Part shown: piece after piece, positions 17,528 to 27,383 of the stretch
Position numbering within the stretch: the first letter of the stretch is position 1
How the letters are laid out: each line of letters begins with the position of its first letter
Made by a program: the position numbers and the translations under genes
Notes under the pieces: generated by a model
Seen by the model: the letters and a program-made list of their open reading frames with translations, nothing else
Database searches by the model: none
Told to the model about the DNA's origin: nothing
DNA from: Gammaproteobacteria bacterium
GTDB lineage: Bacteria > Pseudomonadota > Gammaproteobacteria > Coxiellales > Coxiellaceae
Assembly: GCA_030429175.1 (NCBI GenBank)
Contig: JAUIDD010000004.1
Location: forward strand, 26,349 to 90,348
Direction: 5' to 3'
Length of the DNA: 64,000 nt

Positions 17528-18247
17528 TTGAGCGATATGCTTATTAATAAAATATTCCTAATCACGCGCCCTCAGCAACAAACAAAAAGCTTAATTAAAG
17601 CCATTGAAGCTACCGGCAATCACTGCATCTCTTTCCCATGTATTGAAATTGAAACAATAAAGCGAGAAAAACCCGCACCAGTCACACAACAAGATATCTG
17701 TATTTTTACCAGTGCTAATGCAGTTCACAGACTTATTGAAAATGAGTTACTACAATTACCGAAAATAATCATTGCAGTAGGCCCTGCAACTGCTGCTGCT
17801 TTAGAGCACTGTGGCATTAAAAATATTTTGATGCCCAAACAACATAGCTCTAGCGGTATACTCGATTTAGAACTGCTGCAACATATTTCTCAAAAAAATA
17901 TTATGATTTTCACTGGCGAAAATCCAAAACCATTACTCACAGATGAACTGAGCAAACGTGGTGCTGTAGTAAATGAAGTATATTGCTATCGTCGCATAAA
18001 GCCACAGTATAGCCGTGATGACATAGAAAAAATTGTGAATACTAAAATAGACTGTATTATTACGCTTAGTACAGAAACACTCTCAAATCTAAGTGATATT
18101 TTTAAAACACATCACGATTGGCTTACTTCACATAGTATTATCGTTGTCTCACAAGATGCTAAACAGAGAGCAACAATAGCTGGCTTTACAAAAATTTTTC
18201 TTGCACCCAATCCAACACCCAGATCTATAATTCACGCTTATTTATAG
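17528..18247 (+). CDS. hemD: uroporphyrinogen-III synthase
   Basis: 239 aa. It has a HemD-like pattern (ITRPQQQ..., FTSANAV, VGPATA) and sits upstream of hemX-hemY. The start could be the TTG at 17528 or the ATG at 17537. Confidence 0.8.
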   Translation: MSDMLINKIFLITRPQQQTKSLIKAIEATGNHCISFPCIEIETIKREKPAPVTQQDICIFTSANAVHRLIENELLQLPKIIIAVGPATAAALEHCGIKNILMPKQHSSSGILDLELLQHISQKNIMIFTGENPKPLLTDELSKRGAVVNEVYCYRRIKPQYSRDDIEKIVNTKIDCIITLSTETLSNLSDIFKTHHDWLTSHSIIVVSQDAKQRATIAGFTKIFLAPNPTPRSIIHAYL

Positions 18248-18308
18248 AATGATAGAGTTCGTGTACAATGTTATCTTTTCATAGTTAGATTTTTAATTTG
18301 AGGACATT

Positions 18309-19364
18309 ATGAACGATCAAGAAAATAAAAGACAGCATGTTGGCTCGAATAAATCGTTATGGCTGAGCATGATTGGCGTCATTATCGCTATTATTGCGCT
18401 TATTACAGCAAGCTTTTCATGGACACAGTATAAGCAAGATAAAGCCACCTCATCAGCAAGTACACTTTCTAGCAATATTGAACAACAAACCATTAAAACC
18501 AGCCTACAACAATTAAATACTAAATTAGATAATACTCAACAAAATGTCGCTCACTTAATGGCATCAGTAAATAACAACCAACAACAAAGCACACTGAGCC
18601 AGATTTCTTATTTGATTAACCTTGCCAATTTGCAGCTTAGCATTAATCACAACATCCACTCAGCACTGCATTTACTGACTCTTGCGCAAACCAAAGTGGA
18701 TGCGCTCGATGACCCACGTTTATTTGCCTTAAACAAATCATTACTCTCAAATATTCAAACTTTAAAAGCAGCACCAACATTCAACATGGCTAAGTTGATC
18801 GCTCAAATTGATGCCCTTAGTGATAAAATCAACATATCTAAATTGATGCCTGATCAAGCAGACCTTAAAAAAGCACAGCAGGCTGCGACCCAAAAAGCAC
18901 AAGTAAAAGATAAACAACCCGAAGGCAAATGGTATCATCGCCTATGGCATCATGTATCTAGCGTTAAAAATTTAGTGATTATTCGCCACACCCAAGGAAC
19001 AATAAAACCTCTGTTAGACCCAGAGCAACAATCATTATTGAAAACAATGATGCAAAGTAAGCTGACATTAGCAGAATTTGCAGTGATGCAACATAATGAT
19101 ACGGTGTTCCAGAAAGAGCTCAACGTTCTAAAAAAATGGATCAATAACTACTATCAAGACTCAATGGGACGCTCTGAATTACTCGATAACTTAGCTGCCA
19201 TCATGCAAACAAATGTTGACCCTGCAGTACCAGATATTAACGATACAATTGCTGTGCTTAACCAATCGATGAGTATGGCACAAGAACCCTCAACACCACG
19301 AAAAGAGCAGAACCTACAAAAAAAACCTTTAGAGGCTGATGCAAATCCAGGAGTTGCGATATGA
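18309..19364 (+). CDS. hemX: HemX-family membrane protein (uroporphyrinogen-III C-methyltransferase-like annotation)
   Basis: A single N-terminal TM segment (LWLSMIGVIIAIIALITASF) is followed by a coiled-coil, Gln-rich periplasmic region. The gene sits between hemD and hemY. Confidence 0.75.
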   Translation: MNDQENKRQHVGSNKSLWLSMIGVIIAIIALITASFSWTQYKQDKATSSASTLSSNIEQQTIKTSLQQLNTKLDNTQQNVAHLMASVNNNQQQSTLSQISYLINLANLQLSINHNIHSALHLLTLAQTKVDALDDPRLFALNKSLLSNIQTLKAAPTFNMAKLIAQIDALSDKINISKLMPDQADLKKAQQAATQKAQVKDKQPEGKWYHRLWHHVSSVKNLVIIRHTQGTIKPLLDPEQQSLLKTMMQSKLTLAEFAVMQHNDTVFQKELNVLKKWINNYYQDSMGRSELLDNLAAIMQTNVDPAVPDINDTIAVLNQSMSMAQEPSTPRKEQNLQKKPLEADANPGVAI

Positions 19365-20530
19365 AAAAGCTCTTTATCGCTATCATTCTTATTTTGCTCG
19401 CAGTCTTAATTGGCTACCTGATCGATAAAGATGCGGGCTACGTGATGCTGTCTTATAATGGCTACACAGTAGAAACAAGCCTATGGGTAACTATTGTTGT
19501 GGTTATTGTTTTTTTCTGTTTACTCTATTTTTTGATTCGTTTGATGAAAGGTACCTCAAACCTAGGCAATTCCTATAAAAAATGGGGCAATCAACGCAAA
19601 GCTGATAACGCGCGTGAACTCACTAATCAAGGATTATGTGATTTAGCTGAAGGTAATTGGCAGGCAGCACAAACAAACTTAGCTAAAGCCGCCAAACATC
19701 ATCCCGATCCATTGATTAATCATCTGGCAGCAGCACGTGCGGCACACACTGCCAAAGACTATAACAAACGTGATGAGCATTTACGCTTAGCACACCGCTC
19801 TAAAAAATCAGCAGCCGTTGCCATTGGTCTTACCCAAGCAACCTTACAAATCGATGGTAAACAATGGGAGCAAGCACTTGCAACCTTAAATCATTTAAAA
19901 ACTATCGCCCCTAATCACAAACATGTGCTTAAATTATTGTGTGACGTACACCTTGAATTACAAGACTGGGAACAACTACAAAAACTATTACCTAATTTAA
20001 AGCGTGCTAAAATCTTCGATGATACAGAGTTTGAAGCTATCGACAGGCAAATTCATTTCGGCCTGTTACGCCAGGCATGCCAATCTCAAAACATTGATAC
20101 TCTACATCAAACCTGGAATGCCTTACCTAAAAAATGGCGACAAGATCCATTAATATTAACCGAGTATACCAGCAACTTAATTGCACTTAATGATGCACAA
20201 CATGCCATAGATCTTATCACCAAAGCACTTAAGAAGAATTGGAACACACATCTTGTCACTAATTATGGCCTGGCAACAAGTGATGATATACATAAACAAA
20301 TTAACATGGCAGAGCACTGGCTTGAACAACATCCTGGCGAACCTGAGCTATTACTTTGCATTGGTAGACTTTATCTAAAAGCAAATTTACCAGGTCGTGC
20401 AGAAGACGTCTTAAGTAATTGTATCACTAACGCAGATATGCCAGAGGCCTATAAAGCACTGGCCCAAGCCTTCGAAGCATTAGGTAAAACTGAGCAGGCA
20501 ATGGTGATGTATAAAAAAGCACTACAATAG
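19361..20530 (+). CDS. hemY: HemY-family TPR membrane protein
   Basis: Two N-terminal TM segments are followed by TPR-like repeats. It has an ATGA overlap with hemX. Confidence 0.8.
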   Translation: MKKLFIAIILILLAVLIGYLIDKDAGYVMLSYNGYTVETSLWVTIVVVIVFFCLLYFLIRLMKGTSNLGNSYKKWGNQRKADNARELTNQGLCDLAEGNWQAAQTNLAKAAKHHPDPLINHLAAARAAHTAKDYNKRDEHLRLAHRSKKSAAVAIGLTQATLQIDGKQWEQALATLNHLKTIAPNHKHVLKLLCDVHLELQDWEQLQKLLPNLKRAKIFDDTEFEAIDRQIHFGLLRQACQSQNIDTLHQTWNALPKKWRQDPLILTEYTSNLIALNDAQHAIDLITKALKKNWNTHLVTNYGLATSDDIHKQINMAEHWLEQHPGEPELLLCIGRLYLKANLPGRAEDVLSNCITNADMPEAYKALAQAFEALGKTEQAMVMYKKALQ

Positions 20531-20647
20531 ATAATAGCAGCATTTATCTTCTTCTGCTTTCATTAGATATCATCTTTAAACTAAAAATTTCTTAGACATT
20601 GGAGCATATTTAGTACTTCAATCATAAGGAGTCGTTTCATTTACTCC

Positions 20648-20752
20648 TTAGTCTCTAACTGTTTGAGATATCAGTTGCTCAAGTTCAGCAGTAAGATTTG
20701 CTGAAGAGTGTTTAAATTCTACTGTATAGCTTTTGTTTTTCTTAGCAGACAT
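20648..20752 (-). pseudogene. relic of an IS3-family transposase OrfA (N-terminal 34 codons only)
   Basis: The minus-strand mini-ORF MSAKKNKSYTVEFKHSSANLTAELEQLISQTVRD resembles the start of IS3/IS911 OrfA (MKKRNFSAEFKRESAQLV...). No remaining transposase body or inverted repeats were seen. Confidence 0.4.
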
Positions 20753-20864
20753 GCGCAATCTCTAGGTCGTAATAGTCTAAATTACTTGTCCAGATTAGTG
20801 TGGCTCTATCACTGTTACTTATATGAATCCCTAAAAATTTACATTCTAATCAGTTTTGAAAAAC

Positions 20865-21134
20865 TCATTTTTTAGGAGCGGGCCTAAAATTAGGTTTCTC
20901 TTGCCCCTCAATCTTAATACTTCTCGCAGTATCAGGCCAACCCGGTACTCTATCAAGTGTAACATCGACTTTATCTGGTACCTTATCTCCATTTAAATAC
21001 ATGGTAGGACTATTACCAGTATGGGTTGCCTTCGTCCCATCTACCCGATCACCTACCGTATATGTCACCCTTTTTTCGAATAAATTCGGACTATGACTAC
21101 GTGTAGCATCTCCTGTACTATTTGAGTTCCCCAT
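20865..21134 (-). CDS. small hypothetical protein with an MGxxxS N-terminus
   Basis: 89 aa with a GAGGA RBS upstream. It starts MGNSNSTGD, and the C-terminus is basic (NFRPAPKK). No family recognised. Confidence 0.55.
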   Translation of the reverse strand: MGNSNSTGDATRSHSPNLFEKRVTYTVGDRVDGTKATHTGNSPTMYLNGDKVPDKVDVTLDRVPGWPDTARSIKIEGQEKPNFRPAPKK

Positions 21135-21197
21135 TTAATTATCCTCGTTATTTATTTAAGTAATAATCTCATACTCAACTTTAATGAGAAAGGAGTT

Positions 21198-21374
21198 ATG
21201 AGTTGGAATGATACGACATATTATTATAATGTTTGGGTTTTGTTTGGAAATCAAAATATAGAAAAAAATGTTATATCACAGGAAGAACATATCATATCTG
21301 TTTATTGTTTTAAAGAAGAAACTTTGGGTATATTATTAATTAATTGTGTACTAGATAGTGTGCACCAAAACTAA
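21198..21374 (+). CDS. possible small ORF (58 aa), hypothetical
   Basis: AAAGGAG RBS, 4 nt, then ATG. Translation is MSWNDTTYYYNVWVLFGNQNIEKNVISQEEHIISVYCFKEETLGILLINCVLDSVHQN. It falls below the ORF-track length cutoff. Confidence 0.2.
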   Translation: MSWNDTTYYYNVWVLFGNQNIEKNVISQEEHIISVYCFKEETLGILLINCVLDSVHQN

Positions 21375-21589
21375 CAGATGCAAAGGAAATTACACTGGAA
21401 CTGCGAGTAACTTCATAAGATATAATACAGAGACAAAAGCATTTAAAATTATCCGTAAGTGCATAGTTGCCTTAGTAAAGACACGACCACATGCAGCTAT
21501 GAAAAAGCTTTGTTGTGTACAACGAACTTGACTTCGCATTCAGAAAATTTTAGCATGAAGCATTGGTAATATAATTTAAGGAGAATAAA

Positions 21590-21865
21590 ATGAGCCGTGA
21601 CAATAATCCAACAGGTTCTTCAAATCCAAGTTACTCAACTAATACTTTATTTAAAAACAATGGGAAAGACCCTTGCGGTGCACAAATAATACGAGAAACC
21701 CCTAACTCTAGTGTTGTGGTTAGCAGTACTTACCATGGATCTGGAGGTGCAATTTTCGCAAATGCTGAGCATAAAATTGGTGGAAGTGGTTTTGTAAATG
21801 CTGGCGGCTCTGTTAACAGCCAAGGTACGGGCAAAGCAAATGTTGGCATAGGATTTGATTTTTAA
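21590..21865 (+). CDS. small Gly/Ser/Asn-rich hypothetical protein
   Basis: 91 aa with a strong RBS (AAGGAGAATAAAATG). It starts MSRDNN, like the next gene. Confidence 0.55.
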   Translation: MSRDNNPTGSSNPSYSTNTLFKNNGKDPCGAQIIRETPNSSVVVSSTYHGSGGAIFANAEHKIGGSGFVNAGGSVNSQGTGKANVGIGFDF

Positions 21866-21879
21866 ATGGGAGTAATGTT

Positions 21880-22131
21880 ATGAGTAGAGATGATTCTAGC
21901 AATAACTTTTTTAAAAAAGGTGCTGAATTTTCCAGCCATGTTGCTGAGCATGGATTGTGGCATGCTGCTGGTGGTACTCCTGGTGGGTTTTTCGGTGCGC
22001 TAACTCATACGAGCACAATGGGAAATCCCGAAAAAGAAATGTTTGAGAAGCGTAATAAAGCATTACGTGATGAAATTGCTCAGAGTGGCAATCAGGCAAA
22101 GACAGCAGCGCCATTTCAACCTAAAAATTAG
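21880..22131 (+). CDS. small hypothetical protein
   Basis: 83 aa. It starts MSRDDSS, lies 14 nt after the previous stop, and has a GGGAG RBS. Confidence 0.5.
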   Translation: MSRDDSSNNFFKKGAEFSSHVAEHGLWHAAGGTPGGFFGALTHTSTMGNPEKEMFEKRNKALRDEIAQSGNQAKTAAPFQPKN

Positions 22132-22466
22132 TTAGAAGATTTATATAATGGTTTTGTGATATAGGAATAAATCGGCCTATTATGGGCCATATGATTAATT
22201 TGTAAAACTAGGCTCTTGAGCTGACCAAAGCTAGTGCATTAAAAATTATATCGTTTTACCTCTGCTAGAAGCATCCAGCTACTCCTTTAGTACACATGGA
22301 GCATTAGAAATTGGGTGTATATACTTTATGAGCTTAAGGAAGGCAACATTATTGCTGTTGTCGGTATTATATTATGTGGAGATTATGGCACTGGAAAGTT
22401 TGCGATTCATATGGTGCATGCTTCTGCAGTGAAGCGTCAGTTTATTGTAGCCCTATCAAATAAAGC

Positions 22467-23210
22467 CTAAAGTCTAACCCCCAAATTCAGCGTGACACAG
22501 TAAGTAAATGGAATAAAATCTTCTGCAGGTTTAGTATCGGCTCTACCGTAGCCAGTTGTATATTGGAATGATGCTTCGGAGTAAACATGCTCGCTAATAT
22601 TATAGGCGACACCGAAGCCAAAACTGGGGCCAAAGTGACCGTCATTTATCAGCGTATAATCATAAGGTATGTTCGGGTCTGGGTTACGTTCTACACTTTT
22701 ATCATCACGATACACATAAGTTATACCTGCATCAGCGTAGACATACACATGGGTAAACCCAAATGGCACCATGATTTTGCCTAACAAGGAATAAGTGCTG
22801 GTATTGGTATACAGTGTTTTAATGCCATAACTGCTATCAAGAAAATCATCTGCTTGAAAATCGACTGTAGTTTGATGATAACGCGTATAAACTGCTTCGA
22901 TAGTAAAATGCTCTGAAAACTGATACCCCAAAAAGCCACCATAAGCAAAACCACCTGATTTCGCGCCGATAGGCGCAGATAGCGCGGCAAGATTAGGCTC
23001 ATCAAGTGTACTGGGAGGTGTGGTAATTTCACTCCAGTCAGTATTGCCATAACCAGCACTGACACCAAAATAAAAAGGATGTAACACATGTTGGCTTAGC
23101 ATGCGGCGTGTTTCATCATAAGTACTTTTAACAATTTTCGGGAGCGCAAAAGTAGCTCCCGAAAATAAACATGCTGTAACAATAGTAAGAACGCATATTT
23201 TTTTATGCAT
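22467..23210 (-). CDS. outer-membrane beta-barrel protein (OmpA-like 8-strand / OMP_b-brl type)
   Basis: The signal peptide is MHKKICVLTIVTACLFSGATFALP. Alternating aromatic/Gly beta-strand patterns are present (FGVSAGYG, GGFLGYQF, FGFGVAYN). Confidence 0.7.
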   Translation of the reverse strand: MHKKICVLTIVTACLFSGATFALPKIVKSTYDETRRMLSQHVLHPFYFGVSAGYGNTDWSEITTPPSTLDEPNLAALSAPIGAKSGGFAYGGFLGYQFSEHFTIEAVYTRYHQTTVDFQADDFLDSSYGIKTLYTNTSTYSLLGKIMVPFGFTHVYVYADAGITYVYRDDKSVERNPDPNIPYDYTLINDGHFGPSFGFGVAYNISEHVYSEASFQYTTGYGRADTKPAEDFIPFTYCVTLNLGVRL

Positions 23211-23216
23211 AACGGC

Positions 23217-23609
23217 TTAGGTATTCCAAATGCCATTACAAGCAGAATTATGCTTCCCATGTTTTGTCATATTCACGGTTACCTCATTAATATCTTCTGT
23301 ACAACCGGCTTCTGTAACACCATAAGTTTGTAGGCTTTTAGCTTGGTTTCTACAAAATGCAGTAATACCACCTTCACGCATAATTTCCATTTCAGCAGAA
23401 TTCAGTAAGTAGCCTGGGTCTTCATCACAAATGCCGCCTTGTTTTAAATGATGGCAGTTATCACGAGCTGATTGCGCATAGCAACTGCAAAAACCTGCTT
23501 TTGCACCTGCTGGACCATAATTTTGTTTACATGGTAGTACATAACCAAAACTCGCTACAGATGTAATCGATAACCCCAATACCGCTATAGAGATTAATTT
23601 TTTTAACAT
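23217..23609 (-). CDS. secreted cysteine-rich hypothetical protein
   Basis: The internal start MLKKLISIAVLGLSITSVASF gives a signal peptide with an AGAGGAA RBS. The mature part has about 10 Cys residues. The gene is 6 nt upstream of the OMP gene. Confidence 0.6.
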   Translation of the reverse strand: MLKKLISIAVLGLSITSVASFGYVLPCKQNYGPAGAKAGFCSCYAQSARDNCHHLKQGGICDEDPGYLLNSAEMEIMREGGITAFCRNQAKSLQTYGVTEAGCTEDINEVTVNMTKHGKHNSACNGIWNT

Positions 23610-23899
23610 AGTCAGTTCCTCTTGCCTTTTATCATAATTTATGCATTCCATTGCACTACGACTTTTAACGGCCGACATAAATAAATTATGGTGGATTATT
23701 TTTCGAAAAACTCACACTGATGAGATGCTATTTTCGAACCAAGATCTGAAATTCTACCTAATTTCACTCATAAATAAAAGTAATCTCTGAGTAAGATTAT
23801 AATATTATCTCTTAGCTCAAAGTGACGTAACTTGTTATTTTTAAATGCGATATGTGGTTTCCTCAAAATAACGCTATACTTATAATATAGGAGGTTGTT

Positions 23900-24349
23900 A
23901 TGCAAATGATACACGCACATGATGGTGATACTAGTTGGCATGCTCTAGTTGAGCAAGCAAAGGTTGATAGCGGTCATAGCATTGCTCAGGGACTCGATCA
24001 TTATCTCGCACTGACACTTGAAGCACATCTTAAGGATATAACCCTTGCTTCAAATGTACTGGCGCTGAACTATCTTGAAAATATTAATGGCCAAACACAT
24101 GAAACACTTCAAAAAATGCGTCAGGTGGGCGATCAATGTCTGCTGTTATCTGGCTTGTTTCCTGAGCGTGCGCAAAAACGTAATGTCAGCCTTGAATATT
24201 ATATTAACCTCGGTAAAAATGCCTATCTTGATATCGCGCGCGCACATCCACAGTTGAAACTAAATAATGAATTGTTCTATGAGCTGAGCGTACACTTTGT
24301 TGGGCTTATGGATATCTTACACTTTATCGGCAAAGACTCCCCGCTTTAA
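23900..24349 (+). CDS. hypothetical protein
   Basis: 149 aa with an AGGAGG RBS upstream. No domain recognised. Confidence 0.6.
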   Translation: MQMIHAHDGDTSWHALVEQAKVDSGHSIAQGLDHYLALTLEAHLKDITLASNVLALNYLENINGQTHETLQKMRQVGDQCLLLSGLFPERAQKRNVSLEYYINLGKNAYLDIARAHPQLKLNNELFYELSVHFVGLMDILHFIGKDSPL

Positions 24350-24378
24350 AAAAGCGTCATTGGGTCCGAGATGATAAA

Positions 24379-25386
24379 TTACATTTTATCAGGAAAAACA
24401 CAGCGAAATAATGAACCTTTACCAAGTTCACTTTCAATTTCAAGGTCGCCATGGTGGCGCATTAATATATGTTTTACGAGTGCTAATCCTAGGCCCGTAC
24501 CGCCTGCTGCAGAAGAACGCGCTTTATCGACACGATAAAAACGCTGGGTGATACGTGATTGATGCTTTTGTGCAACACCAATACCCGTATCTTCGACTTC
24601 AACAAAAAGCGTATGATCTTTCTGATGACAACGAATCGTAATCGTACCATGTGCCGGAGTATAATGTACGGCGTTGTAAATCAAATTTGAAAAGGCACTA
24701 CGTAATTCTTCTGGATCACCATTAATTAATAAGTCTTCATCTAAGTCCAATACAAAATGATGTTGTTTGCTGCCGCTCAGCGATACAGCATCCGCATGAA
24801 TATTGCGTAACATTGAAGTAACGGGCACTTGCTGGTATTGATCAAGATCTGGCTCTACACTTTCTAAACGTGACAATAGCAATAAATCTTCAACTAAATT
24901 ATGCATGCGACTCGCCTGCCCATCCATATGTGAAATAATTTCAGTAAGCTGTTGCTCTGATAGCTCTGGGGATTCTTTAAGTAATTCAAGGTAGCCTTGA
25001 AATACCGTTAACGGTGTACGCAACTCATGCGATACGTTAGCTACAAAATCACGACGCATCGATTCTAATTTTTGGGTCACTGTTACATCCTGTGCAATCA
25101 ATAAGTGTTGTTCGTTTGAATATGAGCGTAACTTTAACAGTACTTGTAAGTTTGGTCGCAGATAGGGTCGCAGCAATAGTGTATTACCAGATTTTAATGT
25201 TGCTAATACCGGCTCATGCAGCACTTGATCAATCGCTTTATGGCAGTCAGCTTTCAAACTCAAACCCAATAATCTTGATGCCTGGCAATTCCACCAAGCA
25301 AGATGTCCCTCATCATCTAAAATCACAATCCCTTCAGGTAGTGCATCTGCAAGTAAACGTTCTGAATCTTGTCGATCAACTACCAT
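24379..25386 (-). CDS. phoR: phosphate regulon sensor histidine kinase PhoR (no N-terminal TM segments)
   Basis: A PAS-like N-terminus (GIVILDDEGHLAWWN) is followed by the HisKA H-box FVANVSHELRTPLT and HATPase motifs (DTGIGV, GGTGLGLALVKH). The start could be 25386 or 25419. It overlaps the phoB stop. Confidence 0.85.
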   Translation of the reverse strand: MVVDRQDSERLLADALPEGIVILDDEGHLAWWNCQASRLLGLSLKADCHKAIDQVLHEPVLATLKSGNTLLLRPYLRPNLQVLLKLRSYSNEQHLLIAQDVTVTQKLESMRRDFVANVSHELRTPLTVFQGYLELLKESPELSEQQLTEIISHMDGQASRMHNLVEDLLLLSRLESVEPDLDQYQQVPVTSMLRNIHADAVSLSGSKQHHFVLDLDEDLLINGDPEELRSAFSNLIYNAVHYTPAHGTITIRCHQKDHTLFVEVEDTGIGVAQKHQSRITQRFYRVDKARSSAAGGTGLGLALVKHILMRHHGDLEIESELGKGSLFRCVFPDKM

Positions 25387-26080
25387 TGATCTTCTCAGAA
25401 AAACGGTAGCCTGAACCATGAACTGTTTGAATTAACTTATGGTGATCACCTTTTTGCAAATTACGTCGTAGGCGACGAATATGCACATCAACAGTCCGCT
25501 CATCAACATAAACTTGCTCGCCCCAAACATACGATAATAATTCATCACGGCTGTATACGCGATCACGATGTTGTAAGAAAAAACATAGCAAACGAAACTC
25601 TAACGGACCGAGCTTGACATAATCATTATCGATCTTACAACGTTGCGCTTGTGTATCAACCACTAAATCCTTAACCGACAATAATCCATCAGTTGATTCT
25701 GGTGCGCCACGACGTAATACTGCACGAATGCGCGCAACCAGTTCACGCGGTGAAAATGGTTTAACCACATAGTCATCCGCGCCACTTTCTAAACCCGTTA
25801 CTTTGTTGTCTTCTTCTGCTTTTGCTGTCAATAAAATAATAGGGATATGCTGTGTTTTGATATTTTTCTTAAGGCGATGAGTAAACTCGATACCCGATAG
25901 TTGTGGCAACATCCAATCGAGTAAAATAAGATCCGGCTGACTCTCTGACATGATCTGCTCGGCTTCTCGCGCATCTGCCGCCTCATGTACGTTAAAATCT
26001 GTTTTTTCAAGCGCATAACGAACCATTGTCCGAATAGGCAACTCATCTTCAACAATTAAAATGGTTTTCCTTGTAGACAT
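25376..26080 (-). CDS. phoB: phosphate regulon response regulator PhoB
   Basis: The receiver domain has ILIVEDE...DLILLDWMLP...LTAK. The OmpR-type winged helix has RVYSRDELL...VDERTVDVHIRRLR...VHGSGYRF. Confidence 0.9.
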   Translation of the reverse strand: MSTRKTILIVEDELPIRTMVRYALEKTDFNVHEAADAREAEQIMSESQPDLILLDWMLPQLSGIEFTHRLKKNIKTQHIPIILLTAKAEEDNKVTGLESGADDYVVKPFSPRELVARIRAVLRRGAPESTDGLLSVKDLVVDTQAQRCKIDNDYVKLGPLEFRLLCFFLQHRDRVYSRDELLSYVWGEQVYVDERTVDVHIRRLRRNLQKGDHHKLIQTVHGSGYRFSEKINGS

Positions 26081-26098
26081 TGCGCACCACAACCCTTG

Positions 26099-27364
26099 CT
26101 ATTTTTTATTGTCCTTCATCGAGCTAAAGAATTCTAAATTCGTCTTACACAATTTCAAACGATCAACCAAGAATTCATTCGCAGCCACTTCATCCATTGG
26201 ATGCAAGATCTTACGAAGAATCCACATCTTCTGTAATTCATCTGGCTTAGTAATAAGCTCTTCACGACGCGTACCCGAACGGTTAATGTTGATCGCTGGG
26301 AACACGCGTTTCTCAGCAATACGGCGATCGAGATGCACTTCCATATTACCCGTACCTTTAAACTCTTCATAGATCACTTCATCCATCTTCGAGCCAGTAT
26401 CGATCAATGCAGAGGCCAAAATAGTTAAACTACCACCCTCTTCAATGTTACGTGCCGCACCAAAGAAACGCTTAGGTCGTTGTAATGCATTTGCATCCAC
26501 ACCACCTGTTAAAACTTTACCAGAAGCAGGTACCACTGTATTATAAGCACGCGCAAGACGCGTAATAGAATCTAACAGGATCACCACGTCTTTTTGATGC
26601 TCAACTAAACGCTTAGCCTTTTCAATCACCATTTCAGCTACCTGAACGTGACGTGTTGCCGGCTCATCAAAAGTCGAAGCCACAACCTCACCTTTCACCG
26701 AGCGCTGCATTTCAGTTACTTCCTCTGGACGTTCGTCAATGAGCAATACAATCAAATAGCATTCAGGATGATTCTTGGTAATCGAGTGTGCGATATTTTG
26801 CATCATAATCGTCTTACCTGCCTTCGGAGGTGACACAATTAAGCCACGCTGACCTTTACCAATTGGTGCTGCTAAATCAATCACACGCGAAGTAATATCT
26901 TCACTACTACCATTGCCCACCTCAAGACTAATGCGTTCGTTGGGATGTAATGGTGTTAAATTTTCAAATAAGATCTTACGGCGAGTTTTATCTGGTGACT
27001 CGAAGTTAATCGTTTCTATTTCAAGTAAAGCAAAATAGCGCTCTGCCTGTTTTGGTGGGCGAATTTTACCAAAAATAGTATCACCCGTACGTAAACTAAA
27101 ACGACGAATCTGACTTGGTGACACATAAATATCATCCGGGCCAGCTAGATAAGAACTATCCTCAGAACGTAAAAAACCAAAACCATCTGGTAAAATCTCA
27201 AGTGTACCACCCCCAAAAATATCCTCACCTTTCTTCGCATGTGCCTTCAAAATCGCAAAGGTCATGTCCTGCTTACGCATATTGGCAATATTATCAATAC
27301 CCATTTCTTGAGCGATATTACTCAGGTTTTGAATAGGTTCTTGCTTAAGTTCTGTTAAGTTCAT
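26099..27364 (-). CDS. rho: transcription termination factor Rho
   Basis: 421 aa. It has an N-terminal RNA-binding domain (GFGFLR), Walker [18 protein letters not shown] and a conserved C-terminus. Confidence 0.97.
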   Translation of the reverse strand: MNLTELKQEPIQNLSNIAQEMGIDNIANMRKQDMTFAILKAHAKKGEDIFGGGTLEILPDGFGFLRSEDSSYLAGPDDIYVSPSQIRRFSLRTGDTIFGKIRPPKQAERYFALLEIETINFESPDKTRRKILFENLTPLHPNERISLEVGNGSSEDITSRVIDLAAPIGKGQRGLIVSPPKAGKTIMMQNIAHSITKNHPECYLIVLLIDERPEEVTEMQRSVKGEVVASTFDEPATRHVQVAEMVIEKAKRLVEHQKDVVILLDSITRLARAYNTVVPASGKVLTGGVDANALQRPKRFFGAARNIEEGGSLTILASALIDTGSKMDEVIYEEFKGTGNMEVHLDRRIAEKRVFPAININRSGTRREELITKPDELQKMWILRKILHPMDEVAANEFLVDRLKLCKTNLEFFSSMKDNKK

Positions 27365-27383
27365 AATGTCTCACTAATCTAGG

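Noticed and set aside
22291-22467. 59-codon open frame (…LKEGNIIAVVGIILCGDYGTGKFAIHMVHASAVKRQFIVALSNKA) faintly reminiscent of an NlpC/P60 C-terminus
   Set aside because: It has no start codon and an in-frame stop immediately upstream, and the similarity rests only on a loose G.GKF.IH..AS pattern. At best it is an unprovable gene remnant.
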